Positions 54,446 through 64,000 of a DNA stretch of 64,000 nucleotides are shown piece after piece. The DNA is from Bugula neritina (Eukaryota > Animalia > Bryozoa). The translations under genes were made by a program, and so were the position numbers. Location of the stretch: positions 16,398,633 to 16,462,632 of the forward strand of contig OZ037769.1 of the NCBI GenBank assembly GCA_964035545.1, read 5' to 3'. The notes below the pieces were generated by a model that saw only the letters and a program-made list of their open reading frames with translations, ran no database searches and had not been told where the DNA came from. Every line of letters starts with the position of its first letter. Within the stretch, counting starts at the first letter, position 1.

Positions 54446-55250
54446 ATGTCTGTTTCAGCTGATTTTTATATCAGGTATTATGTTGGACACAAAGGAAAAT
54501 TTGGCCACGAGTTTCTAGAATTTGAGTTTCGTCCCGATGGCAAACTCAGATATGCTAACAATTCTAATTACAAGAATGACACAATGATCAAAAAGGAGGC
54601 ATATGTTCATAAAGCTGTACTGGAAGAGCTTCGCCGTGTAATTGATGATTCAGAAATTATGCAAGAAGACGATAACTTGTGGCCTCCTGCAGACAGAGTT
54701 GGACGGCAAGAGCTAGAAATTGTGAACGGTCGGTTTAAGTTATGAGATGGGAGTTTTCAATCTCAATCTGATCTGAAAGTGAACTTGAAATTTGTGATAT
54801 CATTAATTTTTATTTGAAACGCTTACCAGTATTAGTTGTAAAATTGTGAGTTTGTAGTAATAATTCTTAAATTAATAGCGTGTCTGTATGTTCTGTAAAT
54901 TGACTAGATCATTGCTTAAAATACTGCCAATGTGGGACATTCTTTCACAAACAATTGTTAAACTTACAATATAGAACTTATGATGTAGTATAGTCACATC
55001 ACCTTTGAACAATGATATTTTCACAATTACTCTTATGCGCACCAGGTTATAGTAAAACTGTCATCAGTCATTATATGTGCCTGTAGGTGATGAACACATC
55101 TCATTTACCACAGCCAAGATAGGATCACTGGTTGACGTGAATCAGAGCAAAGACCCTGAAGGACTACGTACATTCTACTATCTAGTGCAGGATCTCAAGT
55201 GCTTTGTCTTCTCTCTCATTGGTCTGCACTTCAAGATCAAACCCATCTAA
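54446..55250 (+). CDS. MAGOH: Mago nashi, exon junction complex core protein (148 aa, 2 coding exons)
   Basis: Exons 54446-54728 and 55087-55250: [39 protein letters not shown]...G|[53 protein letters not shown]. Confidence 0.98.
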
Positions 55251-55875
55251 TACTGACATTATTAAAGTCAAGTCAAGCATCATCTCTCACTAGTTGAATA
55301 CATGTGATGTTTTATTGCAATGATAATTGTATAAAAGTATGTAAATATATATATTGGTATGTAAACTCTACAGTTAATTGTAGTCTTTTGGTGTCTTTGA
55401 TATATTAAATCTACTCTTACATATTACTGTTCATTTTGCAATTATGCATTTATAAGTGTAGAAGGTAAAATTTTCACTGTGTGATCACTCAATCGAGACT
55501 GTATGGTGATACCCATTTGGCAATGGTTTCTATGCAATGGTAATTAAGGTGCGTCAGTCAATGCATTACCTCACCCAGTATCACATGTTCATGTGCATCA
55601 GTCATGTATCTACACTTGTGCTACAAAAGCTTTAAGAAAGATACTAAATTTGTGAAGTGCCATGTTCTCCCAATATTTATTACAATATGTACATTATATG
55701 CACACCATGCTAGAGATAATGCAACATACTAATACTAATAACTAAGGACATCTCATCAACAAAATATCATCAATAAATAAAAATATTCATTAACTGGCTT
55801 GTAGTAAAATAAACAAAGCTCAAGCTATAAAGTTGCTCTGTGTAGGGTGAACAACTTCCAGTCAGTGTTGACAGA

Positions 55876-58800
55876 TCAACCGAGGAAGGTGGAGATGAAA
55901 ACACTAGTGTCTAGATTGAGAGTTGCGTGCCACCACCTGTCAGGGAAATATATCACCTGAAAACGCACAATATAGCATAACAGACATCAGATGTATAAAA
56001 TATCATACTATATACATGGTATAATATAAATATAAAAGGAAGTCCTACTGTCATCAGTCTGAAAAAGATTCAGGTGTACCCTATAGTGATACTGACTAGC
56101 AGATGAATAAATCACCAAGAAGCTAACATACCTGGCCTGGTTTCAATGTACATTCAAGTGGCTTATCGCTGGGAGGAATGTGATAATAGTCATTATATAG
56201 CCAGTGTAGAGTTGTCTTATCTGGGTTGAAATGTGGGGTTTTCTCAGGGGGAAACAGGAACCACCTCTACAGCCCAGATTAAAACATAGGCTACAATGTC
56301 AGACTCCAATAAAATCATGTGTAACTTTTGTGTAGTTAGCCCTCAACAAATGAAAATAGAGATATCAGGAGGAGATAACTTGACCTACCTTTCTCCCATA
56401 GACTACTTCTCCAAAGCCTGGACCATGCCAATGAAAGGGCACTCCGGTACCCGCACCTACAACAGCAAGCACTGACAGCTAAGATTATTGGCACTAAAAG
56501 AAATAAGGCAGCAGAAACTCACACACTCTGCAGGTCACCAGGCAGCTTTGCTACAATGGTTAGTAGTAGGTCTAAACCGGTACTGGAGAACAGAAACAGC
56601 TTTGTGTTTTATGTGGCAGAAAACATTAAATTTTAGAAATACCATCAATTTGAGTGACAACACCAAAGGTTTAACAGTACTGACTGTTGCAGAATTGAAA
56701 AGAGATATTATTAGAATAGAGAATACTGAACCCAGTGCACAAGTTAATAGGAGTTGTTTTCCACTTTCCCAGTCAGATCCTTTGTACACAGTCAAAAGTA
56801 ACATTCCTCTTAGTAATCATTGTTTACACATTCCATTCAAAACGAAATGTCTTACTTAATGGGTTTTCAAATAAAACTTCCAAACTGCATTTTCTACTTA
56901 GTAGTTACTCCTATTACCCCTTCTATGCAATCACCCTGGTAGACAAGTAACCTTTTATTAAGTACAAGCTGTCTGGTAACAGAATTATGGGTTATTATCT
57001 ACTTGCTAGGTTGGTTCTTTGTTCATTAGTAGTTTCTGTGTTAAGCAAACCATGTATTACCTAAAGTGATTTAATAATAAACACAGTTTCACAGAAACTT
57101 TAACCAGTGATAAAAGCCTGTAGGAAATGTGGGGTTTCCTTAATCTTAGTTTCATAAAGAGAGAAGGACAGAGAAGGACAGAGAAGGACAGATGAACTAT
57201 TTTGTTTTGCTTTTCAATTTGGACTGAATCTTCAATCACCTTTAGGGCAAAAGTGCACAAAAAAGGACTAGAATAAAACTGATGTTTAAATATAAACATA
57301 AATATATTCACTTGTGCTTTGAATCTATATAAACGGAAATCAGGTTATTTTTGAAGTTTCTTACAAAAGAAATTACAAATCTGCTAAAAATAATGTTTAT
57401 TAATTTTAAATTTCTAGAAATAAAGTATATGAAAAGCTGTAGAAAATCAACAGTTAGATAAGTTAGCATAGTGTAGGTAAGTACATTAGGTAAGTAAGCA
57501 TATTACAGGTAAGTACAAGTGTGACTTACCAGCCATGCCGAAGCTGTACATGCCTTCTTTACCAGGTAGAAAGACGTGGGGCTGCTTGTACAGGTCAAAT
57601 AGCTCTCTCCATTCCGTGTGGTTGTTATCCCCAAACCAATAAAACGTTTCTATAAAAACACCAACATGTATTTAATACTATTATTTAATAAAAATCAGTA
57701 CAATGTATACAAGCATGGTGTCATACAGTAAGTATAAATAGTAAGTAATACTTACCATTTCCTAATGTATTTATATCTTGAGGTCGTAGAACTTCATCAA
57801 CATAGTATTGCAGAGTAACATCACCTAAGGATACAGTATTGTATAGTAACATCACCTGGCAACATGTTGCATGTACTTACAGAATAGATGTACTTACAGA
57901 GTAGATATACAGAGTAGATGTACATACAGAGTAGATGTACTTACAGAGTAGATGTACTTACAGAGTAGATATACAGAGTAGATATACAGAGTAGACGTAC
58001 AGAGTAGATGTACTTACGTTTGAGGTAGGAATGTGTATTGGCAGAGCTCAATCTAATAACTTTTTGTCCATATTTTTCCATCATACTTTCTCTGCTACAC
58101 TCACGCTGAAATACCTAAAAGTTGAATAGAACGCCATGATGAGTCAGCTAGCGGCAGCATCTCTTATGGCAGCAGTTACAGCAGCGACAACTACAAGCAG
58201 TCTGGCTGCACAACATATCATATGACTCATACCGTCCACGAGAAAGTAGTGGGAGGTGAACTTACGTACTTGGTTCCACTTTCCATCATAAGTTATGATC
58301 ACTGGGTTCTGGTACGCATACACAGCTAGGAACTCATCTTGTGACAAGTCTGTATATTTGTATGTCTTGATGTTGCACGGACCTTCCTCTGCCAACTCAT
58401 CAATGTACCTATAAGTATGCATCTGACATCTAGTGGCAGGTGTCAGGATATCCATGCAGCAACTAACTATGCATCTGACATCTAGTAACAGGTGTCAGGA
58501 TATCCATGCAGCAACTAACTGTACAACATGGCATTCAGTGACAGGTGTCAGGATATCCATGCAACAACTAACTGTACAACATGGCATTCAGTGACAGGTG
58601 TCAGGATATCCATGCCTCAACTAACTGTGCAACTTGACAACTAATGACAGATGTCACAGTATCAGAATAACAGCTTATATGTATATCATAATATTTAATA
58701 TACACACCACTAGCTCTATTAGTCTTCAATATTTCATGGCAAATTATAAAATTAAATGAGTGCCACAAGATCTATACACAGTGTTATTTATATGCTAGTA

Positions 58801-58948
58801 ACTAAGACATAATTTTGAATACTTATATTTTTACATACCAGTGTGAATGTGTGTTTTCTGAAATACGTAGTGAGTGTTCCGCCACACTAGCTGAGAGATG
58901 ACAGAGTATTAACTGGAAAGTGATTTCATATACACAGCTGTATCGCAT
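55876..58948 (-). CDS. JMJD8: JmjC domain-containing protein 8 (8 coding exons)
   Basis: Hydrophobic N-terminus, EEGPCNI, VIRLSSANTHSY, TLGNETFYWFGDNN, GAGTGVPFHWHGPGFGEVVYGRKRWFL and VIYFPDRWWHATLNLDTSVFISTFLG*. Confidence 0.92.
57875..58017. repeat. 17/13-bp intronic minisatellite containing GTAAGT donor copies (minus strand)
   Basis: Units AGAGTAGATGTACTTAC abut the real JMJD8 donor. Confidence 0.8.
58416..58660. repeat. ~52-bp intronic minisatellite, ~4-5 units
   Basis: The core CAGGTGTCAGGATATCCATGCAGCAACTAACT recurs. Confidence 0.8.
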
Positions 58949-59526
58949 TTTTATGGCTCAGTAGCTAATACCATTGACCTCTAGCAACAAAAACTCACTC
59001 TACATGTAGTTAGTAAGGAAAGAGAGAAGTCAAAAATCTGCAAATAAACAAGAACCAGTACATTTTATTATCAAGTTGACTTTTATAGGGATTTATTATT
59101 TAGTTCAAGTCATAAGAAGCATCATATTATAGTTGGATACAAATGAACACAGTTAGTATTACAATCAGTCGCTAGCTGGTTAGTGGTTAGTTCATTTCAA
59201 CATCAAATAAAAATATTATTATGATTAGAAACGTTAACATAGGCCTACTAATTTACATTAAACATAAGGTATTGCTGGCAAAGGATTGGTTTTCAAATTT
59301 GTAGCCCAAGCTGAAGCTAGGATCAAAAATAAAATATAAACTATTACTCAGACTTGGTCTTTTCAATGCTTTATCCTCCTCCTAGCTACTCAGAGTACTA
59401 GTACTACATACTGATACTTGAAGTTGATACTTTTGTATTTTCTGACAGTGTAACAGTTGTAGTGAGTAGTGCAAGTACAAATACAGGAATCGCCCTCTCC
59501 CTATTCTTGGAATACTTAGACTCTTA

Positions 59527-59809
59527 TGTAGCAACCAATTAGCAGCTCCGGAAGATATGCTTCCGAGTCACGTGACACTTCCCGGGTTATTAACATTATA
59601 TCACGTTGTTGTAAGCGGAGGCTTGTAGAAGTAACATGTGTTAGTAGTTGACTCTTGTATAGGATAATTTGATGTGATGTTTGGTTTATGCTTTATTGTG
59701 GATAATAAATATAATTACTCGACAGCTACCCTAGTAATTGATAACAGAATAACCAGCTAACTATACGCAAGTAAATAACTCACGCTCAGTAATTACACAA
59801 ATTACTACA
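59527..59809 (+). repeat. 5' LTR (283 bp)
   Basis: Starts TGTAG and ends CTACA (terminal inverted repeat), with AATAAA at 59704-59709, and is followed after 1 nt by the PBS. The partner LTR is not visible, so the left edge is inferred. Confidence 0.75.
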
Positions 59810-59810
59810 G

Positions 59811-59828
59811 TGGTGGCAGCGGTGGGAT
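59811..59828 (+). other. Primer-binding site complementary to the 3' end of tRNA-Leu (AAG/TAG type)
   Basis: TGGTGGCAGCGGTGGGAT is the reverse complement of ATCCCACCGCTGCCA-CCA. Confidence 0.85.
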
Positions 59829-59844
59829 CTTGCGTATAGCAGTC

Positions 59845-60795
59845 ATGGCAGAAGACGGCACGGAGCTACCCATTCCACTGAATGAAGGTGAGAGAGATAA
59901 TGTTGATATACCTGTGGAACCAGTGGTGTTAGATGAAGAAGTGAGAATTCTTAGAGGGCATGGTGAAGATAGATACCGGCTGAAGGCGCCCACCTTCACT
60001 GGCGAAGAAGCAGTGGAGCAGTTTATTCAAGAATTCCAAGATGTGATGGAGATTGCAGAATGGCCGCCAAGGGTGGCGTTGCTAAAGCTCAGGATGGCGC
60101 TGACGGGCAAAGCTAAGCCGTACGGAGCTGGACCTGACATAGACGGAATCTTTGCTTCCCTGCGGGCCCGTTTTGGCATCTCTCCCATAGATGCGCGGGC
60201 CCGTCTACAGAGGATGCGGCGTGATCCTCACACGTCACTAGAAGAGCACGCTGCCACGGTGTACCCATTAGCGCAGATCGCATTCCGCGATCTGCCTCCG
60301 GTACACCGTGAGAGGTATACCTATGATGCCTTCGTGCAGTCCATCAACGACTTGGGGCTCCACCATCAACTCCAAGCGAGGGGAGTCACCACAGTCGAAG
60401 ATGCACTTGCGGTGGGAGAAGCCTATCTCTTGGCGACTCATATGCACCGCAACCGCGTGGCCTCCCGCCAGGTGACCACGGAGCACTCTACTGCTCACAC
60501 CGAAGTAAATGCGGAACCCTCCGCGGTGGCTAATGTGAACCAGATGTCACTAGTGTCAAAAATCTCACAGATGACTGACATGCTAGATAAACTGGTCACC
60601 ACATTAGCCTCCCCAAGCCAGGTAGATACTGCCCGTGAGCCTTGCGGGCCGCAGGTACAATCACCAGACATGGGGCACCACTTCTGCTGGGAATGCGGAA
60701 GGCCAGGACATTTCCAGAGAAACTGCCCTCAACTCCCACCAGGGTTAAACTACCCCGGCCCGCAGATGTTCCCACCTCCTGCGGGCCGTCTGTAA
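59845..60795 (+). CDS. gag: Gag (316 aa) with a CX2CX4HX4C zinc knuckle
   Basis: LKAPTFTGEEAVEQFIQEF capsid-like region and CWECGRPGHFQRNC; uninterrupted. Confidence 0.9.
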   Translation: MAEDGTELPIPLNEGERDNVDIPVEPVVLDEEVRILRGHGEDRYRLKAPTFTGEEAVEQFIQEFQDVMEIAEWPPRVALLKLRMALTGKAKPYGAGPDIDGIFASLRARFGISPIDARARLQRMRRDPHTSLEEHAATVYPLAQIAFRDLPPVHRERYTYDAFVQSINDLGLHHQLQARGVTTVEDALAVGEAYLLATHMHRNRVASRQVTTEHSTAHTEVNAEPSAVANVNQMSLVSKISQMTDMLDKLVTTLASPSQVDTAREPCGPQVQSPDMGHHFCWECGRPGHFQRNCPQLPPGLNYPGPQMFPPPAGRL

Positions 60796-63002
60796 ATCAC
60801 CCAGGGAGGCCCGCGCGCCTGTCGCCCCGCTGGGCGCCGCGCGGAGATGCTGTGAAGTGGCGACCCCCGCGGCAAGTAGGCTCAAGCCACTCGCCGCCTG
60901 GGTCCTCTACGCCACTCCGGCACCAACACGGAGCCGGCAGACGGTTGACCACAGAGCCTGCGAGGGAAACGGTACAAGCGCCGCAAGGCGTACCGCCCCA
61001 ACCTCGGCAGCTGGTCAATAGTCGCCGCCAACCGTGGACCCCTCGACCCACAGCGAGGGAGGTGCAACCACGGCACACTCAATTGCAGCCGCACGGAAGT
61101 AGCTACTTCCTGCCAGGGAAGTTAGCCGGCAAGCCTGCCAACTTCCTCCTGGACTCCGGCTGCACCACCAACCTCCTTAGCCGTCAGTTCTTTGACACCC
61201 TCAGCGCTAAGGTCAAGGACAGGTTGGCACCGTACGAGGGGGATCACGGCACCTTGGCAGACGGGTCGTGCATTCCCTTCTACGGCATTATTGAGCTAAC
61301 TGGTTACGTCCGTAACCAGGCCATCCAAGAGACGTTTATCGTCGGGCAGCTCAACGAGGATGCTATCCTCGGGATGCCATTCTTACAACGACACGGTTGT
61401 CGCATCGATTTCAGTAAATCTGCGATAATCATGGGCGACAAGGAGCTCGCTTGTGTCGATAAGTTTGGTCGTCCTCTAGCGGGAGCAGTGCAGGTAGTAC
61501 GGAGCTGTACTATACCAGGCCACTCCCGGGCTACCGTCCGCTGCAAGGTAGACGGTGGCCAAACCTCTAAGTTGGGAGTTGTCGAAAGTACGCACTCGAG
61601 AGTCCAACTTGCCCGTAGTTTTAGCCGGCTCACGGGGCAAGGAGAGATCTCAGTGCAGTGTGTCAACCCCTTCTCAGAGACAGTAGACCTACCACCCAGA
61701 TCCATGCTGGGTCGCTTCCATCCTGTCCAGGAGGAAGCCATTGGGCCGTCGTCGGGAGCTACGACGGAAGGTCCTCAGCAGAGCCCGTCTCGAGGGCGGA
61801 GGACCGTCCCAACCCACGCCTCCCCTCCTCCAGGGACGCGTGGCTGCACAGGCAACGGGAAGCACCAGGCTAGGGCTAGGTTGCCACATGGGTACAGTGA
61901 GGCGTTCAGCCACACAAACCACGGAGCCCGCCTAAATAGAGCAGGCTGCCGTGAGGTACCACGGGCGGCGAGGACCGCCCCTGCTCAGCCACTTCAACAG
62001 AGGGCTGACACGCCCCCGGAGGCTGCCCAGAGCCTCCGCGCCAAACCTGTATGGGCTGGTAACGTTAGGGAGCTGCCGAAGCTCCAGGAATGCCTTCCTG
62101 GGGTGGTAGCCGACGTGTACCGAGCGAAACAGGAGGGGCGACGACCCAGTAGTACACAACGGCGACAGGGATGCGCCGAGTTACGGCTGTACTGTCAACG
62201 TTGGAGCTCTCTGCGGGTCGGGCCAGATGGTCTGCTAACCATGACCTTGGCCGCCAACAGCGGACAGCCAGCCAGGAAGAGGGTTGTCTGCCCAGTTGCC
62301 ATCCGCCGGAAGTTGATACAAGACACCCACGAGGAGACTCACGGAGAAGTCCAAGGGGTGGTCACCAAGCTACAACTCCGGTGGTACTGGCCTAACATGG
62401 AACGGGATATCCGACGCAGAGTGAGACGGTGCAAAGTCTGCCAGACCAACAAGCATAGCCGTCTCCCTGGTGAAGCGGGGCGGCAGACGCATTGTGCGAG
62501 AAGGTCTCGGCAGGCGGAGACTGTCAACCTGGCCGGAAACACCTCCATGACACGTCAGGAAGACTTGGCGAGGCGAGAAAGGCCACTTCCGTCCTTGAAA
62601 GTGCGCCCACCGCCCCCAACGTCAAGCCTGCCATCATCACCACTTCCGGAACCAGAAACAGGTCCGGAAGTGCAAAAACCCCCCGTGGGAGGGGCTCCGC
62701 AAGGAGATGCCAACATAGGACCAGCACCACACACTAGGCAACTTCCAGCGTGTCTCAGAGACTGTGTACGTGACCGCGGTATAAGCGGCAGTAACAAAAG
62801 TCTAGAGAGGCCTCGCATGGGAAAACAGGCAAAGAGCCGTGGGAGTTGTGATCACCACGAGAATCTCAACTTTTGCCTCGGCGGAATCTCACACGAGATT
62901 CATCCGCTGGAAGTGAAAAGCCCTAGTCACGTTTCACAACCACGCTGTCCGGTCTTTTCCTATGTTGATGCAGTCGGGAGTAGACGTGCCAGTAAACAGT
63001 AA
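60642..63002 (+). CDS. pol: Deleted Pol: aspartic protease plus integrase HHCC zinc finger; no RT, RNase H or DDE core
   Basis: FLLDSGCTTNLL...ILGMPFL protease and HEETH...WYWPNM...CKVC finger; no YxDD motif. Open for 786 codons. Confidence 0.85.
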   Translation: MRAAGTITRHGAPLLLGMRKARTFPEKLPSTPTRVKLPRPADVPTSCGPSVNHPGRPARLSPRWAPRGDAVKWRPPRQVGSSHSPPGSSTPLRHQHGAGRRLTTEPARETVQAPQGVPPQPRQLVNSRRQPWTPRPTAREVQPRHTQLQPHGSSYFLPGKLAGKPANFLLDSGCTTNLLSRQFFDTLSAKVKDRLAPYEGDHGTLADGSCIPFYGIIELTGYVRNQAIQETFIVGQLNEDAILGMPFLQRHGCRIDFSKSAIIMGDKELACVDKFGRPLAGAVQVVRSCTIPGHSRATVRCKVDGGQTSKLGVVESTHSRVQLARSFSRLTGQGEISVQCVNPFSETVDLPPRSMLGRFHPVQEEAIGPSSGATTEGPQQSPSRGRRTVPTHASPPPGTRGCTGNGKHQARARLPHGYSEAFSHTNHGARLNRAGCREVPRAARTAPAQPLQQRADTPPEAAQSLRAKPVWAGNVRELPKLQECLPGVVADVYRAKQEGRRPSSTQRRQGCAELRLYCQRWSSLRVGPDGLLTMTLAANSGQPARKRVVCPVAIRRKLIQDTHEETHGEVQGVVTKLQLRWYWPNMERDIRRRVRRCKVCQTNKHSRLPGEAGRQTHCARRSRQAETVNLAGNTSMTRQEDLARRERPLPSLKVRPPPPTSSLPSSPLPEPETGPEVQKPPVGGAPQGDANIGPAPHTRQLPACLRDCVRDRGISGSNKSLERPRMGKQAKSRGSCDHHENLNFCLGGISHEIHPLEVKSPSHVSQPRCPVFSYVDAVGSRRASKQ
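60744..60809 (+). promoter_or_regulatory. Programmed -1 ribosomal frameshift signal
   Basis: G_TTA_AAC in the gag frame (60744-60750), 5-nt spacer, then a perfect 10-bp stem CGGCCCGCAG/CTGCGGGCCG (60756-60765 with 60779-60788). pol is in the -1 frame. Confidence 0.8.
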
Positions 63003-63025
63003 TCAGTTACCACTCTCATTCCAAA

Positions 63026-64000
63026 ATGTCTTACTATTCTGGATCGAAGGGTGAGTTAATTATGTTTTTGGTACGATAACTAGACTGCATCAGTCAGCTT
63101 AGCTACACTAGCTAGCTGGAGATTCGATAATGATAAACAGTGGTGGGAATACACGTCGACTTTGATTTTAAATAATCTGTCATAGCGAGTGTGTTCTCCA
63201 TCAACTATTCATTAGCCTGAATCTCACGAGTGTAACTGAACAGAGTACCGGTCAGGCTGTACACGCCGACGGTGTCTCAGTGTATAATCTTTAACACTGC
63301 TACTCTTTCAGATCACACTCGAGTGACCACCTCCCGGTCACGGGACCAGCCAACCTCTCTGTCTATGGAAGAAGAGCCTGTAATGGAGAATGGCATACCA
63401 GTAGTACTCCGCCGACGACACCGTTGGGTGTCACCCACGACAGAGAGGAGAATTGAAGAAGCCTGGGGACCCAGTGGACCACACCGAACCTGCCAGGTCT
63501 GCTTTGAGGAGTGTCCGTCGCACCGCTCCTTGCGGTTACATGTAGATGCCCATTTCCTACTCCACTTCTGTCCCTGCGGGTTCCACGACGTCTACCCGTA
63601 TCCCGTGACAGTACATAAGCTAAGCTGCTTCGCCGGAGAGAACCACACTGTTGATGAAGACAGTTTCCCCCTATACCTGGATGCCATCAAGCCAGTCATC
63701 AGGAAGGCTATTACCCTGGCCGCACTAACGTCAGGGTTTCACGTACTGTTACTATCTGCCCGCCATAAGTCCCCTATGGTTCAGGGCCCACCTCCTACCC
63801 CCGTCAACCCCAGCAACACCCCAGAAGTAGAAGAAACAACCATATCCCGTATAACGGAGACCCCTATAACCCCACCAAGGCCTAGCCAGCTGGCTAACGT
63901 AGAAGAGCGGCTTCTAAGACTGCAAGCCGAGTTCACACAACTTGCCCCTGACTTGCTGGATACGACGACAGGTCTATACCAGTTGAAAGACTCAGTGGGA
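63026..64000 (+). CDS. Spliced accessory ORF3 of the LTR element: C2H2 and C2HC zinc fingers, Pro/Thr-rich linker, predicted coiled coil (3' end beyond the window)
   Basis: Exon 1 63026-63050 (CAAAATG...AAGG|GTGAGT), intron 63051-63311 (...TACTCTTTCAG), exon 2 open to 64000 in matching phase 1. Fingers CQVC-x12-HVDAH and CPC-x12-HKLSC. Confidence 0.75.

Larger units (their letters stand above)
59527..64000 (+). mobile_element. Ty3/Gypsy LTR retrotransposon, non-autonomous, with an accessory ORF; 3' end beyond the window
   Basis: TG...CA LTR, PBS, gag with CCHC knuckle, protease upstream of an integrase zinc finger separated by RT-flanking remnants (Gypsy order), and an abrupt rise in GC content. 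Confidence 0.92.

Noticed and set aside
60268-62818. Numerous short antisense and alternate-frame ORFs in gag/pol
   Set aside because: Expected by chance in GC-rich coding DNA; no recognisable motifs.
63312-64000. ORF3 as an envelope gene
   Set aside because: No signal peptide or clear transmembrane segment in the visible part; the Cys/His spacing fits zinc fingers instead.

Overview
AT-rich, intron-dense invertebrate animal DNA, not prokaryotic. Most long ORFs in the supplied track are minisatellite translations, so I rebuilt the real genes exon by exon from GT-AG junctions and reading phase. Left to right: (1) a tandem segmental duplication carrying two minus-strand TRIM E3-ligase genes. 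One is full length (RING, two B-boxes, coiled coil, NHL-like beta-propeller, ~616 aa); the other has lost four internal exons but still splices in frame (~219 aa). Both have a palindromic kappaB site upstream, and one copy has a ~2-kb foldback hAT-type insertion beside it. (2) L-fucose kinase (FCSK, 23 coding exons) with a 5.5-kb satellite-filled intron, head-to-head with TMEM43. (3) An uncharacterised 279-aa gene with RFX X-boxes, a candidate ciliary gene. (4) ACAD9, a 5'-truncated LINE, mago nashi and JMJD8. (5) A Ty3/Gypsy LTR element running off the window end, which is the best novelty candidate. It has an intact 5' LTR, tRNA-Leu PBS, gag and a -1 frameshift signal. Its pol is open but has lost RT/RNase H and the integrase catalytic core in frame. 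It also carries a spliced, non-env third ORF encoding tandem zinc fingers plus a predicted coiled coil, absent from the ORF track. Many introns carry their own minisatellite, often seeded from the adjacent splice junction.
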